Source of the DNA: Laetmonice hystrix
Taxonomy: Eukaryota
Assembly: GCA_965235115.1 (NCBI GenBank)
Contig: OZ249445.1
Coordinates: 8,680,001-8,744,000 of the forward strand
Direction of reading: 5' to 3'
Length of the DNA stretch: 64,000 nt
The translations under genes were made by a program, and so were the position numbers. This document shows positions 1 to 13,149 of the stretch, in pieces (position 1 is the stretch's first letter; each line of letters begins with the position of its first letter). The notes beneath the pieces were generated by a model that was given only the letters and a program-made list of their open reading frames with translations, did not search any database and was not told the origin of the DNA.

Positions 1-3000
1 TTACACCGATCATGAAAATGTCATTTGTGCAATCTTGGCAGACATGCTCAAACTTTTACTGCTACTCCGATACTACATTGCGCTCAGGTGAAATCCCATC
101 TACTGGATATATACATGGACTATCAATAGCAATGGTACTATACATTGTACTCATTGCTAGCCATATCAATTATTACCTAAGGTTTACCGAAAGTTTGGGG
201 AACACGCTTAACTTCCTGCTCCAAGTCACTTTCAACATGTTAATCCGGGTGTTCTCTCTTTCTGTTTGTCCTACAGTGACCAACTGAAGGATATCAGCGA
301 CCTTTACTTCGGGGTCATCTGTTACCAAGGTCAGGGAAAGTTGTGGCCAGGAGATGCCGTGTAGATAGGAGACATCCGGGGCCAGCATCTCGTGTCTCAT
401 GTGTGGAAACTGAACACTTATAATCTACCGTCATTTGGCGAACGTCTGCAGGTGAGATGACACTTTTCATGTCCCAGCTCCTTCCGTTTATTGCACAATG
501 TACTGTATGCTTTTTCTCCTCGTGCAATTGTCAGATATGTTTATGTGCAGTTACGATCGGGCCATAACACATTACGATACACTTGCGTGTATAGTGTATA
601 CCGTCATGGTTTCGATATGTTGTCCGGTATTATCCTTGACTTTCCTTGTCCCATTGTGATTACCACTAGACTCCCTCTTCTGTAATTGTATACCCTTCTA
701 AAATCTTGGATCTGCCCCTGCGTTTGTAAGTTATGGCCAAGGATTTTCATTTTCTAGTAAAGCACGAGTTTCTTCTTCAAAAGGTCGCACAGAATTCATA
801 CTAACTGTAAACCCCACGTTTCATACCTGTATGATAGCGGCGATCGCAGTTTCCACGTTCGTCCGCTAGGTGTCACACTGGGACCGGAGTTGGCGGTCGT
901 GCACAGAAAACCGAGCCAGATAATTTGTATGTACTGATGTCACGATTTGATATTTTGTGTGGGTAGCATTAGACAATCATGGACACGCCTCGTTCACAAA
1001 CACAATTATTAGTTATGGCACTGATCCGAGTACGTGTCAACTCGTACAGCGATCAGGATGATTTCACAACCAATATTTGATGATAATTCTCCTATCGTTA
1101 GGAGAGGATTTCACCTCGACTTGTGTATAGTGAGAGAATTCTCAACACGTTTCATCACTCCAGTAGCAAGTACATGTACGGGTCTATGTTTTTGTTTGAG
1201 TTTACGAGCCGTTAATCGTCCTAGAATGATTGATTATATTTACATGTGGCTTATGTGTCCGTACGTACGTACAACTCGGTGATTAACGTTAGAGTTGTGT
1301 CCAGGTGACCACACCCCATTATTACATGGTTATACGTAGAGACTACCGACTGTCGGGCAGGCTGGCGGGCGGGCGGGAGGAGGAGGAGCCAGGCTTACCT
1401 GGATCTAACACGTCACGCAGTTTTTACCCCCTCCAGCCCCGTCCGAACCCTGGAGCGACCTGCCCGAGTAGACATTTCGGCGACAGAAACTGAAGCTGCC
1501 AACGCAGCGTCTCTGTTGTCGGGGCGTCTGCCGGGACGCACGCCTTTGACGTCCCTTGTCAGCGTCTGTCTGCGACTTTATTTCAATCGGTTCTTTCTTT
1601 TACACCCCAGATGCATGCCCTTCCTCCACAGTCACGGCTGTGCTGCTTTTCAGTGGGAGACTGCCATAGTGATTCATGTATGATTTTCGTGCCAATGTTG
1701 CCTTATTTTAGAAAAGTTTCCTATTCGACATGATTACTTGATTAGTGATTGGTACATGCCCGTACATTCATTATCTAAGGTGATGGCAACCCTTCTTGTG
1801 TTATGACCATTGATATTATAATTTATATGAATGGTCACACAAGTGAGGTTTATAATAATATAAGCTTCCAATGGATGACTTGAGATGGATTTTACACTTC
1901 CTTTCCTAACTGGGCGTCATCTTACCTTTCTAAGCCATGAATCATGGGTGATCTTGACTAGAAAGCATGCCAGAAACATCAGATGGTGGCAGTCTGCCAC
2001 GCCAGCCCCTCTCTCCCTGGCTACCTCTCGGAACGGCCGCACGAGGTCGCTTTCTCATCCTAAACGTGACCCGCGTGAAAAGGACGACACTCCTGTGCCA
2101 TTCTGCTTCATTACTTCTACCCTGAAGAAACTTTGAGCAGTTGTTCCCCTCCAACTTTATATTGAAGATAGCTCCACCGTATTCAGATATATGGTATGGT
2201 TGTAGTCTAATCGTTCACATAGAACGTGACGGTATTCTCTGTGTAATCAAATCGATTAGTATAACAGTCTGTCATGGTAAGGCCTCTTCTTGAATAGATA
2301 GTATTTATGTACTGGAGTTGCGGCTAAATGCACGGTAACGCATCAATAATTCTGGTGATACAAAGTTAAAATAGAGCGGATGTTGCGATGGCTTTAGATT
2401 TAACAGTTGAACCAAGGTCAACACCGCAGCGCCGCCTACATCCGTCTGCAGGATGACCAATGGAAAAATACGGCCTAGGGGGTCAGTAGGGATTGATGAC
2501 CTAGAGGTGGTGATCCATCCGATCGATCGCGTTCACCCCAGTCATCTGTAGACTGTCCAGCCTGGCCCATTGTCTGGTGGTCAAATAAACCTGTGGAAGC
2601 TTCCCCGGGGTCATGCCCCCGACACGTATACCCTACCCTTCTCCCGAACACTTGGTATTAACCGGGCTCGCTCCTGGAGCACCAGGTTTCAGAAAGAGGC
2701 TAAGTTTTAATCCGTGAAAATCAATGTAGAAAGTGTCTGTGTCCTCGTGGGCCATCGTAGCCCTAACCATGCGCCCCGAGATTGCAGACCGGCTGGGAAA
2801 ACAGACCGCGACACCGGCACTATAAGTCAGAACTTTATATAATGATAATAATTTGTTCATGAACAGACTATCAACGCACAGTGTACTAAGTTACACCTTG
2901 GTTTATATACATGTAATTAGTTCATGGTCACTCTCTACGAATGTGAAATTCATTAGGCATAGGCGTCTTTTTTACCATTTGTATCATTTAGTACTTTGCA

Positions 3001-3687
3001 CGACACATAAGAGTAAAGACCAGTCACGGACGCAATATTGTCAATGATGTATGGCCACATCATACCTAGTCTAGAAAAAGTAGCATTCTTTTGGGGTAAA
3101 CGAAAATAGCTTCAGTGGCCAACATCATAGAAATGGGTGGCCGAATTCCATTTTGCCGACGGCGAGATCGTCAGCAGTAGAACGTATGGCCTCCGCTTTT
3201 CGGTGATAAACTGCCGAGCTGGACAGACAATATATGCGGAATGATATCATGTGATTGACCTCACTAACCGAGACCATTGACCTGGCTCGGCTTGGGTCGG
3301 ATCGCACCGACCGTCCCAGAGGGAACCCCCCCCCCCCGTGTCGGGATGGACCAATGCGGATGTCTGACGGGGACTGACGGGGACAATTACAATGGAAGAG
3401 TTTGGGCATTCAGTGGTTAATCATGTGCCACTCTCCCGCCCCCATTCCCTCACTTCCCCCTTGTGGGACCGATGCAACCATTGCGGTACCCTTGTCTTTA
3501 CCTGGGTTTGGATTATATTTGTAAATTCGGAAGCTGATTATCCTGTTGATCCCATATGTTCTGAGAAACGTCACCTCATCAGTTCCCCCAGTGTAGACCT
3601 ACACTCTCTTTTGTAGCATCTCAATATTGTCGGACAATAGATGGGACCGGTGGTCAGGGTGTGCTGTGGTGGGTGCATGGAGGGCAT

Positions 3688-3819
3688 CTCCGGTTAGCAT
3701 CTTAACTTACGCTCTGCTTAGGACCTATGATTGGCTTTCTGCTGCTCAGCTATTATCCAGCCAATGAGAGACCCTAAACAGAGCTTAACTTAAGATCTTA
3801 ATCTGTCTGAAACCGGAGC
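3688..3819. mobile_element. Older degenerate copy of MITE family A
   Basis: Shares GTTAGCAT, CTCTGCTTAG, GATTGGCT/CAGCCAAT, CTGCTGCTCAGCT and a CTGAAACCGG end with family A, but has deletions and substitutions. Confidence 0.7.
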
Positions 3820-3827
3820 CAGAGCTG

Positions 3828-3996
3828 GGCCCGGTTTCAGAAAGGTTAGCATGATCTTAATGTAAGCTCTGCTTAGCTTTTTAGGACCCCTGATTGGCTG
3901 GTTAAAGCTGAGCAGCAGAGGACCAGCCAATCAGGGGTCCTAAAAGGCTAAGCAGAGCTTAAGTTAAGATCATGCTAACCTTTCTGAAACCGGACC
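3828..3996. mobile_element. Fold-back MITE, PIF/Harbinger-like, family A (169 bp)
   Basis: Near-perfect palindrome (about 75-bp arms, 19-bp loop) starting GGCCCGGTTTCAGAAAGG. Flanked by a direct 3-bp CTG duplication (3825-3827 and 3997-3999). Nearly identical copy at 40846. Confidence 0.85.
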
Positions 3997-6900
3997 CTGG
4001 GCTCGGACTGGTCGTCAGGTGGTCAGGATCCAGGTGAATGGTGATCGATCCTCAACTTCTGTCTACCTGTGTCTGCCGGTCACTGACCTGTAGGCCCATC
4101 CATGGAAGAAATGCACTGCGTGGCCTTGAAACCTGATGGGTTATAAAGTGCCTGTATTAATATGTAACCGTAAAGGTGCCGAGGGACGATTGCTCAGTCA
4201 TAAAAAATGACGGCAATGAATTGTTTCTGCGTGTCGCATGTGCACGATGAAGTAGGTAAAAGTGTATTCAACATCAGACCTGCATAAACATCGGATACTT
4301 AGAAAGGTCTCGCTGCTTGGAACCTCTGTTTCCATTTATGTGACTTTTAGTCATTTCGTGTGCACGTCTTTCCGTCTGTACGTCGGTTAAGTGGTAAGAA
4401 TACTTATGACCCGCCCACCCACTCCTACTATTTCCCACTCCCAGGCACCGTGCCAGAAATGATCGTAGACCGACTGTTCAGTGAACATCCCTATAGGTAT
4501 ACGACCCTATAGGTAAGTACGACTGCTCGATTCGCATGATGGTCCAGGTTAGCTTGAGGTTCTTAATAATCAGGCTTGATGATGTCTAGATTAAGTTCAA
4601 TGACAAACTAGTCCATGGGCGATGTGCATGTGTGATGGAGCTGGTAATTTGGGCGGGCCAGGCTGCGTGCGGTGCAGTGACCGGACCCGGAGAGGTGGGC
4701 AGTGGGCCAAGTCTGGTCCCCCGTGTCCCGGCTCGGGTCGCTGACAGCCGGCCACCGCGCCGCCCGCTCCTGACCTGCCACGGCAATTAGTCTCCTGACA
4801 TACCGTAACATTGCCCACTCCGCCTACGCTCTTTGGGCCATTGCTTATTGCTTATATAACCAACTGAACTTCACCTCGCTTCGATTTTATTCTGTCATGC
4901 CCAGACTGCAAGCTTACGCTGTGTGTGGCATGTCATACAAAAGCAATTTTAACTGTAAAATGGTGTTCCCCCCCCAGATTGCTACAGGGAAAAATAGGCT
5001 TGCCAAGGTTACCAAGCCATTAGACAGTGGATAACAATAACAGCGATAAGTTTTTAAATAAAAAGTTCAGGGAGGGTGATGATTCATGGTGATGACATTA
5101 ACGTAAATAACGACATATACGTATTCTGTTTACACAAAGTGTGTTGACTTGGCTGGTAGATAGTATTTCTTATCAAGAGATTTTGTTATTATTATTCTTT
5201 ATAAACTGGGTAGATATATCAGCTCTGATGACAGAAGTAACTTGACGCCGAATGAAGTTTGTAGAGTCTTTCTTGTGAACTCTCAAAGATGAGTTAGAAA
5301 AGGTGAGGGTATATGAGCCATATATTTCCGACATAAAATAGCTAGATTTGCCAGTAAACCCTGCGCATATTGCGGCATTCAACGCGGGTCTCTCCTTAAC
5401 TAGACTCAGAGCCCCAAAAAGAACGAGCAAACACGAGAACTGAAAATATACTCTTCAGACATTCACTGCGGACATAGTCTGATAATCTGTTTGATTCAGT
5501 GGCACGTGATCAAGCTCAGGTATCCTTTGATGTCTCTATTAGGAAAATTATACATTCATAATGATTTTTATGTCAGTGAGAAATACATCATCGACATGCG
5601 TTATTGTCATAGCCCTTTAATTAATGAATAAACCCTCCGTCGTTCATGTCTTTGTTTCCCAGTTGGAGGGCGCGATGGCCAGTGGCCAAGTTAGAAGCTG
5701 TCAGATAGTCGTCTGTGTCTCCCAAAATGTTGACCTTTTTGGTGAATTGTTTATTGGGTTCAAAGTAGGTCACCTGGTAAGGCTGCCCCGCAGTCCCAGA
5801 GTTGGGTGGAGCTTGAAAGGGAAACTCATCTGTTGGGATGCGTTTTAAACCAAGAGGGAAGTGTATAATATAACCGTATAGTCTATATATTATACATCGG
5901 ATGTCCAGCAGATGTGGCCAGTGGCTGCCGGGGCTAGTAGACCAGTGGTTTGTTCGGTCTGACTGCTGCCTGTATACGAGACAGCCTGCATGGCCTTCTT
6001 TATGACCATGCTAGTCGGTACGTGCAACGTCTGCACTGGGAAGCACTATGGAGGTGTAGCTTATAATGTAGTCCTACCAGCAGACCTGGCCCTTACCAAG
6101 TGTGCTAACACGCATTCAAAGTTAAAGGGTCATAGGTTGAATTTCATTTTATTATAATCAAGTTTTATTTTACTCTGAAACCAACCGCATCTTCATGTTC
6201 ATGAATAAAGTTCGTAAGGTAACAAGGTACCAATGTAAAGAGTTTCAGTGCTTAATAAATAGTTCAATGCATTCTGCACACGTGTTTCACTGGAAATGGT
6301 GGCCAGCAAAGGTCTATGGATACATATGTATGGCTGTTTAACCGTCACTGTGGAGGTCCCATTATTGTGACCGACCAAGGAGTCAGCGACCGAGCGAGCC
6401 CCTGGGCGCGGTCAGGTCAGTCTGGCTGGGGAGGGATAGGACGTCCCCTCCGCGCCTCGAACTGCGGCGGGCGGGCGGGTGGGCAGGCGGGAAGGCAGGA
6501 CCGTGACGATGACAGACCGGTCACGCACCCGGCTCACCTGCGCCGGCCTCCACGCCAGCCTCGCCACCGCTCGCAGGGTCATTGATACAAACAGACGCAA
6601 CATGGACTTAAGGTTATCACGTCCACCACGTCCCGGTGGGTGTGCGTGCATGTGTGCGCGTCCCTGGTTTTAACGTCAGGCAGGAATCAATGGAAATCTG
6701 ATGGTGCAAAGTGTATAGGTGTGTTTTCTGGTCGGAGTTTTTAGACTGCGATCGAGGCCATGTGTTTGATGGGTTGGTTGGTACCCCACACATCCACCAG
6801 ACAACCGCCGTCTCGACCCTCCCCGGGCTGCCCAACCCTGAGCTGTGTGAGCTGGCCGTGCCGGGCGAGCCTGCACTGCCGTGCACCGTGGGTACATTCA

Positions 6901-9900
6901 CACACACCGACATATGTCCTATAACCGCCAGTCTCACACCGACTGACGGCTCACAAAGCCAGGTACTGACTCTAGACGCACACCGGGACGTGGGAACCAC
7001 TTCCCACGTGTTGGGCTGGTGTTGGGCTAAGCTGTCTGAAAGCAACTAATCAACAGAGAATATAGACCTTTATTGTGCTGCTAGCCGGCCGTCATGACAA
7101 CGGTATCAGTATCATCCAATGTTAGCCGACGTGTCTTGACTTCGGATTGCCTCGACCTCGGAGATTGATACAAAACCCCGATAATGTAGCCGCAAGTCTC
7201 CGCAATGTACGGTTTACCAGAAGTATATTCAACGGAAAGTATATCCCTGCACACACCATCACAGATGTTGGCCAGCGACACACCATGCAGAACAGGCAAG
7301 TTACCGTTATCACTGCTAAGTACACTGCGGTTTCCGTTTTTTCCCCCGGTGAGTTGCCATGCCCCTAACTGTCTGGTGTTATTTACCATAACTAGAACGT
7401 GGAGACCTTCGCCACGAATACCATCACCTATAATGGCACCATGAACCTATCGGCCTACGATGATTAGTACAGGTATGCGTCATGAAATTGATAGTTAAGA
7501 TAATTGATATAAGTTGTCGAACTTCACCATTTTTTGTCACGTCGTGCCGAAGCTAATAAGTTACTTACATAGGCCAGGGAATGCAGTCCATAATATCATA
7601 ACTTATATAAAGGTAATGACTGACCCGCTGTGACAGACAGTAGAAGTACTGCACTGAGTTTTACTGCTTATGCTGCAAACACGACTTAGTATATGGCGCA
7701 TCGTGTATGGCGCTTGGTGCAGTGTGACAGCAGGCTGTGGCTGTTGTGATAGAGAACTCACACGTTGTAATTATAGTGACCTAGCCGCTAGTAGGCGGTT
7801 CATGTTACGAGTATACTAGGGACGGCTGAGGACGCTGGCCTAATTTGATATCCTCAACACCGGTGGCCGCATATCATCCTTGTCAATGGGCCTTGATCAG
7901 AACGAGATACATAATGAAAACCAACACTCTTCAGGAGATTATAATAATTTTAGATTAAGACTTGTAGAGTCGTTCATACATTAGGTTCATACATATCTAC
8001 ATAATGCCGATGCATGTATTAATGCACATGCATTACGTAGTGTATACTTTTTATGGGTGCTTTAAATATTCACCATCAAGTAAAAACAAACAGCTCAAAA
8101 TGAGTTGGAAAATCGGTGCACCACAGCGAAGCATGAAGGGATGCTGAGCTGGTGTCAGAGATCAGAGTGATAATTTGACCAGAAAATGGATGGGTATATT
8201 GATGAATTAAAGGGATGCAGTACTGTATGACTGTAGTAAAACGGCAAGAAAGACAACGGAACCCACCCCCCGCCACCGCCTCACACCTGTTGTCTCATGC
8301 AGTGTCCTCACTGACCCTCCACCCCCACCCCCACCCCAGTCATGCACGGCCTGCTTCCTGACTCACCAAGGAGGTCCACCCCCTACCTACAGGATACTGT
8401 CGTGCATGTTTTGTGCAGTAAAGTGTCCAAGGACTTCTTGTTTTCTATTAAATCGGCACTGACGAACTTTCTTGACTCTGAACAGTAACTATTACCGGTG
8501 TTGCTACAGTAAACCGTTTTTAACCATGTGTAATAAAAATGTTACTACTATTCGGCAGGTAATCCGTGACGACGCTTACATTAGTGGTCTCTGTGTATTT
8601 ATGCCTCAGATCATCAAACTAATCTATTTAATCTTCTCTCATGTTTCCTTGGTCGAGCACTGCTTTGTAAACTATACGCCTCCGTGCTCCCTCAAAAAGT
8701 AAAAAACTTACAAATATAGAAGGTATCATTCAGTGATATGGACGGATTCATCAGTTACCGTGCATGGGTATATTGCATCAATCTGCCGAGTGAACTACGG
8801 TCGCTGTCAAACACTCTAGGCCACCGCAGGCCAGGGAAGATAAAAAGTGCTGGCCTGTACCGAATGACCAGCCAGGCTATGGAGGCAGACGATACACTGA
8901 GCGGGATAGGAGGGACGACCTGATTCTAACGGCGGCGGTGGCGGGACGGTGCCGGGGTCACGCCGTCTGAGATCAACTGACCAGGGTATGGCGGCAACAT
9001 AACTCATCTACACCGGCCGTGTCCTATCACCGCTACTACAGTCGTCCACAACATGGCGCCCATCATCTCAAACTACCTTGGTTTACGATACCAAACTCAA
9101 ACAACATGGGTTAGAAATCAGTGAATGCTTATCTTTGTACAGTCACTAACCAAGACAGGCAGGTGATGAAAACATTGATAATGCTGTTAGACCAGTGAGG
9201 AATTGAAAAGCAAATTCAGTCCCCACTGGGATATTTTTTCTCAACGGGTCAACCTTGTGCAAATGGCGGTGTTTTATGAGGGTGAAAAGACGTATACGTA
9301 CAGACTGTATACATTGTATACGTATGCAGATGAGACAGAGTTCCACTTTAGAGTTCGACAAAGGGTCTGGTCCTGACGAAGGAAGAAGCTGGTTTTATGT
9401 TTTACTGCAGTGCAATTCTACTCCGAAGTTAACCAACATAAAACCGTTGATTTGATGCTTTTACAGCCGGTGATTCATGGTATTTGATGGACCATAAGCC
9501 GGCACCTCGAGACTCGTGCTGCCTGACGCCCGGAATGTTCCAAAGGGTTCGTATCATGCCGGATTTAGGGCACCCTTCCTTGGAAATGTGCACATAACAA
9601 TAGCGACGCTCATCCGGCCCAAGTGTCCCGGCTGTTAATTGGCCAGCTCGCACTGACGAACCCGGATATCAGAACCGGCCTTTATTGGGGAGCCAACATG
9701 ACTGACTGATCGAGCTGATACACTCCATCTAGTTCTATATATATGTACCTAGAAATAGCAACAAACAAAGCACTGAAAATACACCAAGGAAATATATAAT
9801 CCGGTTAGGGAATTCGAAGCGGTGATGTATGAGTTTCATCCATGCTTTTCATCAAGCATCTTGGATCTTTATCGACTCAAATATAAGAACAATTGTCCAG

Positions 9901-11431
9901 GACGTGGTATTGTTTCTAACATCCTGTGTCACCCAAAGCGGCTACAGTCCGAAGTTTGGCGTTTCTAGGTGTATCTCTAATTGAAATGCAGTATTTTCAA
10001 GGCCTGCCAACCCAGTGTTAATTTGCCGTGTCATTACCACCAATGTGTTGGCAATTGATGAGAATTTTAATGAACGACAGGATAACGATGGTTGTGCCGC
10101 ATCCGTGATCTAAGTGCTGTGAGAGTTTGACGAACGGCCCGTGTTGAAGGAGTACGACCGTGTGAAGCGTCTGTCGTTAGGTTTTCAAATTGCTCGCTGT
10201 CGGTGTCAACGAAACGAGCCCTGGTCCAGCTGTTGTCTGTGTGTGAGTCGGTAAAGTCGATGTTACCTGGAAGGAAATAGCCGGTCTATACATACCTTCT
10301 GACTTACGCCAGTCCGCCCCGACCTGGCCATCAAAGTAGGTCGACACTGGAGAATTTATCCGTTCTTATAAAATAAAATTAAAAATTAAAAAACACACTC
10401 AGTAAACAAGGAAGGAAAGAAGGCAAGACGAACCTTGTAAACACTGCCTCTAAAATTAAATTATTACCCATACCGTCATATTAAGCCGTTTAACATCTTG
10501 TATTTTTTTTCTATGTGTTTTTATATAGTTTACCTTCCGCAAGCTTGCGAGCCGTTGTTTGTAAGACACCATAGAGACGTTATGACAGTGATGTAAATAT
10601 AGAGTCGTCAGTCCTGTCGGAATATTTGATTGACGGGATTATATCTGCGTGTCCATAGACACCCCAAATCCCATACAAAAGGCATAAAAAAGCGGTTTGC
10701 GGGGGCAGGGTGGGGAAGGGGGTAATTCAATATTTCCTTTATCGATTAACTTTGGTACGAGACATCGGAGTATCGCCGAGTTGAATTATGAATGACCCGA
10801 GACTTGAAGGTCGTTATTTTTTAAGAACGCGAGCGAACTCTGAACTTGACGTGTCCCACCAAGTTCTTTATTACAAAAGTCAGGACATTGCGCGATCCAT
10901 ATGACGGCTATACATATTGTTTTGATAAACTATCATGACGGATACCCACAAAAATACTCGTATAATTTTGAATGATATTGTGAAACTGCCAGTTTTCTGT
11001 AGGTTGTAAAATTTGCATCATTGATTTTATTTTTATACCAAATGAAAGTCTTTTTCACAAGAACGACTTTGGCTAGCGTGAAGATGGCACCAAAGGAGAC
11101 TAGAACACGATATGACATTACTGCTTTTACTTAGTTCTTATTCAGGCTGCATCATGCATGCAGGACCTAGCGACTGTGTACTGTCCAGGACAGACAAGAG
11201 GGAGTTGGGGGATGTCCGTAGGAGGGATCTAGGAGGCTAGAGTGGGCCTTCCTCATTGTAAAGTGTTCAGGCCTCCCTCCACCCGACGGAGTACAGAATG
11301 AACCCCCAGTCAACTGGTATTGGTTAATGTTAGGGTTTGTCTCATCGACAAGTATAGCAATGGATTCGTATTTTGTAGAAATTCTACACCCAATTTCACG
11401 TTAGTTGCGAGAGGTTACTTCAACATATTTA

Positions 11432-11610
11432 CCCCAGCCAGAACTGCATGCGTGAAAGGTTTTTTAGTCAGTTCCTTCCCGAAGGCCGGTGGTTTCCTCC
11501 GGGTACTCCGGTTTCCGCCACCGAGAAAAACTGACTTTCATCATCATCTTCGCCGCCGTGATATGACCCTGGCTGTTGCAAGGCGTAAAACCCCAAATAC
11601 CCACCTCCAA
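11432..11610 (+). mobile_element. 5'-truncated SINE with Meta/V-type central domain
   Basis: GGTGGTTTCCTCCGGGTACTCCGGTTTCC (core 11491-11516), then AAAACTGAC...GATATGACC...GGCGTAAAACCCC, the layout I recall for invertebrate MetaSINEs. No tRNA head visible. Confidence 0.65.
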
Positions 11611-12474
11611 CATATTTATTTATGCGTGGCAACGAAGCGAAATCGAGGGCATGTCTGGTATTCAAATCAAGTGATTTCGCGGCGAGATAAAACTTCAAAA
11701 ATATAATGAATTTTTAATGTGTTGCATGTGTTGTGAGGCTATTTGCAGATTCGAATCACATGGCATTCAACTGCGCCTTCACGTGTGGTTTTAAGTACCT
11801 TTCTCTGATCATAATGGACCAGGAGTTGGTGCAGAATGAGGAATCGTTTATGAGAGAAATAGATTCGGCGGATCGCACTCAGTCGACCCGATTTTGGCTG
11901 GAACCCAGTGTCTGCTCCTTTAAAACGTAAATCATTGATTTGTTTAATTACAATGTGGATGTTAGTGCAACTTATTCTGTCGCATGAGGCGTAACATGGA
12001 TTTGTTTAATTATAATTTTGATTCTAGTGCAACACTTTTGGTAAGAGACTGAATCAATGAATACGCACGAAAATTTTCTGATTCTGATGCAAATATTATT
12101 GGTTGGTCGAATTGTTTGTTTGTGAAAAAGTAACTGGTATCTGTACCGTTATAAGATACTACTCTACTGTTTTGGTGAGTTTAAGGTGAATCTCCTACAA
12201 GCCTGCCATGGAAACTCTGGGCAGTTGTGTGTGGTCTCTCTGATGGCTCCAATCCCGGCGCTCTGGGGGCAATCTCCAGCCCCCCTTCTCCGGGTTGTTC
12301 CCGCAAACTGTCGTCGAACGAGCTTCGTATAGTAATGTCTGTGAGTAGGTGACACCCTCCCTGAGGAAAACAAAGCCCAAGTTGGACTTCGCGGAAACGT
12401 CCTAATTGGTGGCCGACCCGGTATGTGGGTCATGCAGTTGTAGGCCCCATAGACGCAACCGTTCATAAGCCCTG

Positions 12475-12602
12475 GGCTCGGTTCCTAAAATATTAAGATC
12501 TTACTCAAGTTTAGGCTTAACGCTTCTGATTGGTTGGTCTAAGCAGACCAGCCAATCAGAAGCGTTAAGCCTAAATTTAAGTAAGATTTTAGGAACCGGG
12601 CC
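12475..12602. mobile_element. Fold-back MITE, PIF/Harbinger-like, family B (128 bp)
   Basis: GGCTCGGTTCCTAAAA...TTTTAGGAACCGGGCC palindrome with central CTGATTGG/CCAATCAG. CTG duplication at 12472-12474 and 12603-12605. Confidence 0.85.
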
Positions 12603-13149
12603 CTGGCTTTCTCTGGTTCTGTATCCCCTCTGTCTTCTTGTCCTATCCCAGTAACATTCTTGCTTACTTCGTTTCTAAGCTCTTGCCAACTATATACCAC
12701 CTGACTGTCTGACTATATACCACAGTATAGTCTACATTATGGTATGATATGTTTTAACATTGGTGGTATGGAGGGGGGGGGGTAGAGTAGGGGGTTCTTT
12801 TTGAAATTATTCGTAATCGAGGTCTCATCTTATTTTTTGGATGTTACACGTTGGGTCGCTTCAGTATCAGCGACAGTCGAGCCTAGGCGATTGATTTGAA
12901 CTCTTGAAGGCTGAATGTGGATGCAAAAAATACAGTTTAAGATATTGATCCACTCAACACATTAAGCCGGCGACTTGAATGGGTGGGTGCCTACTGGAGT
13001 GCCTGGCCCTGAGAGTGTAGTACCATGGTTTAAATAATTCAAGGCGGTAGAAGAGCTATATGGTTGTTATTTGAGAGATCAAAAGATCACGCTAAATCGC
13101 CTGGTAACCTAAGGTACCCCGGTCCATTCAGAGCTTCATGGATCAGTCG

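Noticed and set aside
2683-2708. CAGGTTTCAGAAAG resembling the family A MITE end
   Set aside because: Too short and diverged to call; no partner arm.
5581-5610. HVDD (RT YxDD-like) on the minus strand near a DL..G-like peptide
   Set aside because: The two are in different frames and far too close together for any RT; no other RT motifs.
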